Assembly: GCF_006345805.1 (NCBI RefSeq)
Contig: NC_043010.1
Span: forward strand, 62,186,001-62,250,000
DNA from: Octopus sinensis
Lineage: Eukaryota
Length of the DNA stretch: 64,000 nt
Direction of reading: 5' to 3'
Below are positions 59,171-64,000 of the stretch, piece after piece; within the stretch, counting starts at the first letter, position 1; every line of letters begins with the position of its first letter. A program made the position numbers and the translations under genes. The notes beneath the pieces are model-generated. The model was not told the origin of the DNA. It made no database searches and worked only from the letters and a program-made list of their open reading frames with translations.

Positions 59171-60904
59171 TCCACAGAGATTGAACCTAGAATATCAGGG
59201 GAAAAAAATGCCTATCGATTATTTAGTTATGATACTTTATGGTCTGAGTTCACACTTTGGCAAGATCAACTTTGCTTTTCACCTTCCTTGGGGGTCATTA
59301 ACAGGAAGCAAATCCCAGTATAAATGCTTGTTACCACAACATCCGGTTGAGCAATATTTAGGAACTGGAATTCGAGCAAAAATTTATGGAAGCCCATTGT
59401 CTACCATAAACATTCTTATCATTTATACCTGTTTTTTCCATACAGGCCCGAGTTGGATGAGGCATTACTGCCTGTAACATCTTGCATACCAAGGAAACCA
59501 GGTAACTCTTTTGTCAAGAATGCCTTATAATAATGCAGACTGGCTGGGTTTTTCCATGTTACTTGCGCAAGAGAAGTTATGAGAAGAGAAAATGTCTCCC
59601 TTTATATTTGAAATAACATCTCTCTTAGATGGGTAACTTGCGATGCAGCTTGCAAAGTGCACATCTCATTTGTTAAGTTCTGCCAATGTAGTTGAAGGAA
59701 AGCAAATCACTAACAGGACGAGCATCTCCCCACCTGCATCAGTTCTTATTCAGACCCACCGACCTCCAACGAGGTTTGACCCATGAAGCGAGTTGTGGAG
59801 TTCATCTTCTTCGAATACTCCAGATATTAGAGAGGTTGACTACTCCATCAAATTTTAAACAGAGTTACTGCCCCTCCTAGAAGGGGGGGGACGGCCGCGA
59901 ACTCAATCCGCAATTTCATTTTGAGAAGTATCTTCAGCTGAACGCCCTTGCCTTGAGTTTATTACCAAACTAGAAAGGAGTGGGGGGCCATATTCACAGT
60001 GTCTTTGGGCCAATTCATCTCTATCATAATTATGCATACATATCGGCGTGCATAATTATGCATACATATCGGCGTATTAATGTCCAGTTTCCACGCTTGC
60101 TTGTGTTGGACGGATTTTGTTGAGGCAGATTTTCTGTTGCCAAGGATCCACGCTTATTTCCAGGCAAGGAAATATTTTCCGATGGCCAGACGTAGTTTTG
60201 CAGAATATTGAAAATGAACGGCACTTGCTGTATGACAACGACAAATCATTCTATAATTATCATGTGATATCAAGACAAGGATACAGAAAGTCATACATAC
60301 ATAGAAACACACACACAAACATACATTTATGATGGGCTTCTTTCAGTTTCCATCTACAACGTCCACTCACAAGGACTTGGTCAGTCTAAAGCCATAGTTG
60401 AAGACACCTGGATCTGTAATGTGTGTTTGTGTGTGTAACAACAACATCGTCAACATTCAACGTCTGTTTCCCATACTGACGGTTTCACAGCAACTGGCGA
60501 GGCTGGGGATCGCACCAGGTCTCAACGTTGGTTTTCGCTTGGTTTCTACACCCCGATGCCCTTCCTAACGCCAACCACATTTATAGAGTGTACTGGATGC
60601 GTTTTATTTGATACCAGCACCCACACCAATGCACTTTACGTGGGACCTTGGTTTTAGGATATCGATTCTGTTGTGGTGAGCACTTGGCACTAGCAAGGGC
60701 ATCCAGTCATAGAAACCGTGCCAAATCAGACTGGAACTTGCTGCAGCTTTCCGGCTTACCGGTTTCATTCAAACCGTTTGACCCATGCCAGCATAGAAAG
60801 CTGACACTAAACGATGATGATGATAAAGTGATAGTACGTTGTCAACTTAATGTGTCAGTCCCGTAAAAGGGAAGAATGCTACTGTTATTTAGCCCTAGGA
60901 AACA

Positions 60905-61110
60905 CTGTTTCCTCTGGCCCCTGTGCCGGTGGCACGTAAAAAGCACCCACTACACTCATGGAGTGGTTGGCGTTAGGAAGAAGGGCATCCAGCTGTAGAA
61001 ACTCTGCCAGATCAGATTGGAGCCTGGTGCAGCCTCCTGGCTTCCCAGACCCCAGTTGAACCATCCAATCCATGCTAGCATGGAAAACGGACGTTAAACG
61101 ATGATGATAT
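60905..61110 (+). mobile_element. Family B tail copy
   Basis: Sequence similarity to the other copies. Confidence 0.85.
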
Positions 61111-62489
61111 ATAATATATATGTATATGTATATATATAAATCTTTCTCTGAAGTTAATCAGTGAAGGATGTATGAAAACATTGTAAAACTAGTGTTTTTT
61201 AACAAAGTCCTCTATGATATTAACTCTGCACTAAGTTACAGACACTCCCTTATTACTCTTAATACAGTATACCAGTAACCAGCAATATTATTGTTCACCA
61301 ATTGTGAAAATAAAAAAAAATAAATATATATATATATATACGATGAAATTGATTTAGTAGATGAGACACCTACAATATGTTGCCCTGAACCAATGTTAGA
61401 AATCAATATTAGATCTTTCAATTATCTCAGTGAGTTGGCAGAAATGGTAGAGTGTCAAACAGTAAATAGTTGTCTCCCCAGTCAAGGCTCTGGGTTCAAA
61501 TCTTACCACTGCTCAATTTTCTGAGCAGTTAAGGACTCAATGCTTAGCTCTAGTTTTTATGGGGCAAAGTGGATACAAGATAAAAACCTTCACCTGGATA
61601 GCACACCGAGCTATACCAGACAATCTGTTACCTATCAGGGCCACCTTAACAGAATACACAACCACAACATACATAGATTAGCATCAGGCCCCTAATCCTA
61701 CGAAACCCACAAACATATACCCCGTATGTCCATGCCTTAAGATAGCACTGGTATTACCCATTCCCCCAGATAGTTACAGAAACTGTGGTGACATAGAATA
61801 TAATGTTCTGTCCAGAAACAGCAAAACACTAGCTGTAGGATTGAACTCACGTCCTAAGTATTACAATACCTGATCTAACTTGGACACTTTGTCTTAATAA
61901 CAAAACTAACCGTAGTGATACACAGTGGCTGACTTACTGACCCCTATAAAACTGACCTCTCTAGCCCCGAGAAAAGGTTTAGCATTAGATCAAATTGTCA
62001 TGAATGTTTTACAGAGAAACTGCCAAAACACATATCGTCCCACACACACACATGTAAAAGGATGGGGCCTCAACGTCCTGGTTCAAATTGCTAGAAATAG
62101 TAACCAAATCTCCCTCAAATCATCACACACTACTGTGTTAAAGAAAGGAAGAACACATTAGAATAATATGCTTCAAGATACATAGTATCTGAAATAAAAA
62201 TAAGATTGGATGGTCATGACAGGGATGTCCTTTACCATAGATCTATTTAATTGTGGCAGATCTGGAGCAAAACAACACATGCAATACACACACACAGTCT
62301 CTCTCTCATACACACGCACGATTTTAGACATGTACAGTTATAGTCTGGTAGATTTGTAACTATTGTTGTATTGGTTCCAGTCACAGTGGGCATCAACCCT
62401 GCCACCACCAAAAACAAGGAAAATACGTTTGCCCCAAAGTTGGCCTCATTTCAATACTAAACAGACCCAATACAGCTTAACTTTGGTCA

Positions 62490-62710
62490 TTGACCCTTTA
62501 GTATCTAAAGAGGCCGTATCTGGCCTAAATATTCTATTGTTTTATGTCCACGATGGGCAGATTCAGCCTCTCACACCTGCCCTGCAATGTGATTCTAAAA
62601 ATAAACAACCACATCATCAAAATCTCATGATTAACGCATGATTAATTCAATACAATGTAAATAAAAGAACATTAAATTTGAGGGAGTAACCTGAATGCTG
62701 AAGGCTTTAA
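62490..62710. mobile_element. Family H MITE, diverged
   Basis: Homologous to 8035-8262. Confidence 0.7.
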
Positions 62711-63187
62711 CAAGGGCTGACGTTTTGTGGTGATGGACAAGATGTGAATGGATGTAACACCGGGTTTAACCTCCTGACACATGTACATAGATCACATGAC
62801 TTACACTATGTCCACACATGTAGTAAATTGCTCAAGCTATTTCTCTCTCATACCTACATGTAGTACATGGATCAAGTCATATATCTATCACAATCTCTCT
62901 CTCTCTCTCTATGTCTGTCTCTCATATATACACATGTTTAGTATGTGGATAAGTCTAACTCCCTTATATACACACATGTAGCATATAAACCATTTCAACT
63001 CTTTCTCTTCCATATCCAAATGTAGTGGAATGCATGAATACATGGGGCAGTTTAACCCTTTTTCTCATTCACACATGTGCAGAACATGTTGCTGTCGAGT
63101 TACTAATTCATGACTCAATCTCTCATAAACATGCTTACCACATGGACCAGTCTGTTTTGGTTACAAACACTGACCGCATGGATCACC

Positions 63188-63877
63188 TTAACCCTTTGGC
63201 ATTTAATCCAGCCATATAAGGCCCCAAATATTCAATCTGTTTTATGGTCAAAGCGGCCAGATCTGGCCTCTCACACCTACTCAACAATTTCATTCTGAAA
63301 ATAAACAATCACATCAATTTCTCAAAGCTACAAGATAATGAACGATTAATTCAAAACAATATAAACAAATAAGCATAGCAGCATTTGACATAATATCCTA
63401 AATGCTAAAGGTTTAACCCTATCGTTACTGTATTTCTGTTGAGATGCTCTGTGTTTCTTTCAATTACTTTAAATATAACAAAAAATTTAGTAAAATAATT
63501 TGGTTATCATTAAGCTAGTGTTAGGAACATAAATTGTGACTAAAGTTTGGTGGAAGCTTTTAATTCAAAACTTTCAGAGCCAGAACCTGTTTCAGCCAGG
63601 TTGGTATCAAAAGGGTTAAGAATTGTTTCTCTACTATATATTTTAACCCTTTTGTTACCATATTTCTGTTGAGATGCTCTGTGTTTCTTTCAATTAATTT
63701 TAAATATAACAAAGAATTTAGTATAATAACTTTGTAATCATTCAGCTAGTGTTAGGAAAATAAATTGTGACTAAGGTTTGGTGGAAGATTTTAATTCAAA
63801 ACTTATGAAAACAAGACATTTGTACTCAGAGCCAGAAGTATCAGAGGAATCAGCCAAGTTGGTATCAAAAAGGTTAA
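63188..63877. mobile_element. Family H MITE sharing a TTAA with a two-unit family G tandem array
   Basis: H spans 63188-63416; G units span 63413-63619 and 63643-63877, separated by a 23-bp spacer. Confidence 0.85.
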
Positions 63878-64000
63878 ACCACATGTAAATATATATTACA
63901 TGTATCAACTAACATTGTGTATATACATTGGTACTGCACAGACTGTTGCACATGCTTCCAGTTCCATCCCAGTTATTCCTATCCATTCTTCTATAATGGG

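Noticed and set aside
59480-60010. Non-repetitive block that might be an exon
   Set aside because: No sustained ORF or paired splice sites on either strand; possibly an old LINE fragment, but I cannot support any call.
60040-60075. Short direct duplication (ATAATTATGCATACATATCGGCGT twice)
   Set aside because: A simple local slippage duplication inside a SINE microsatellite region.

Overview
AT-rich, microsatellite-dense eukaryotic DNA. The repeat landscape and C2H2 gene pair suggest a coleoid cephalopod such as Octopus (inference; no database search was possible). Only two ORFs are convincing host genes, both minus-strand C2H2 zinc-finger genes with a single coding exon: 12225-14693 (14 intact fingers plus 1 degenerate) and 50439-53834 (18 fingers, polyQ tracts, and an unrecognised ~23-aa N-terminal repeat). 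The rest is mobile DNA: tRNA-headed SINEs, RTE LINE fragments and their 3' tails, an R4/Dong-like remnant, a Helitron, a Helentron-type element, piggyBac-like TTAA MITEs (two tandem arrays), Tc1/mariner, pogo and hAT remnants. The most unusual signals are: (1) hammerhead-ribozyme-like motifs, in the tail of a tRNA-headed SINE and in the arms of short inverted-repeat elements; (2) an asymmetric fold-back element with variable-length target duplications; (3) seven RFX X-box-like palindromes just 3' of the first ZNF gene; (4) higher-order finger periodicity in both ZNF proteins. Coordinates were read by eye, so repeat boundaries may be off by a few bases. Repeat family labels A-J are my own working names.
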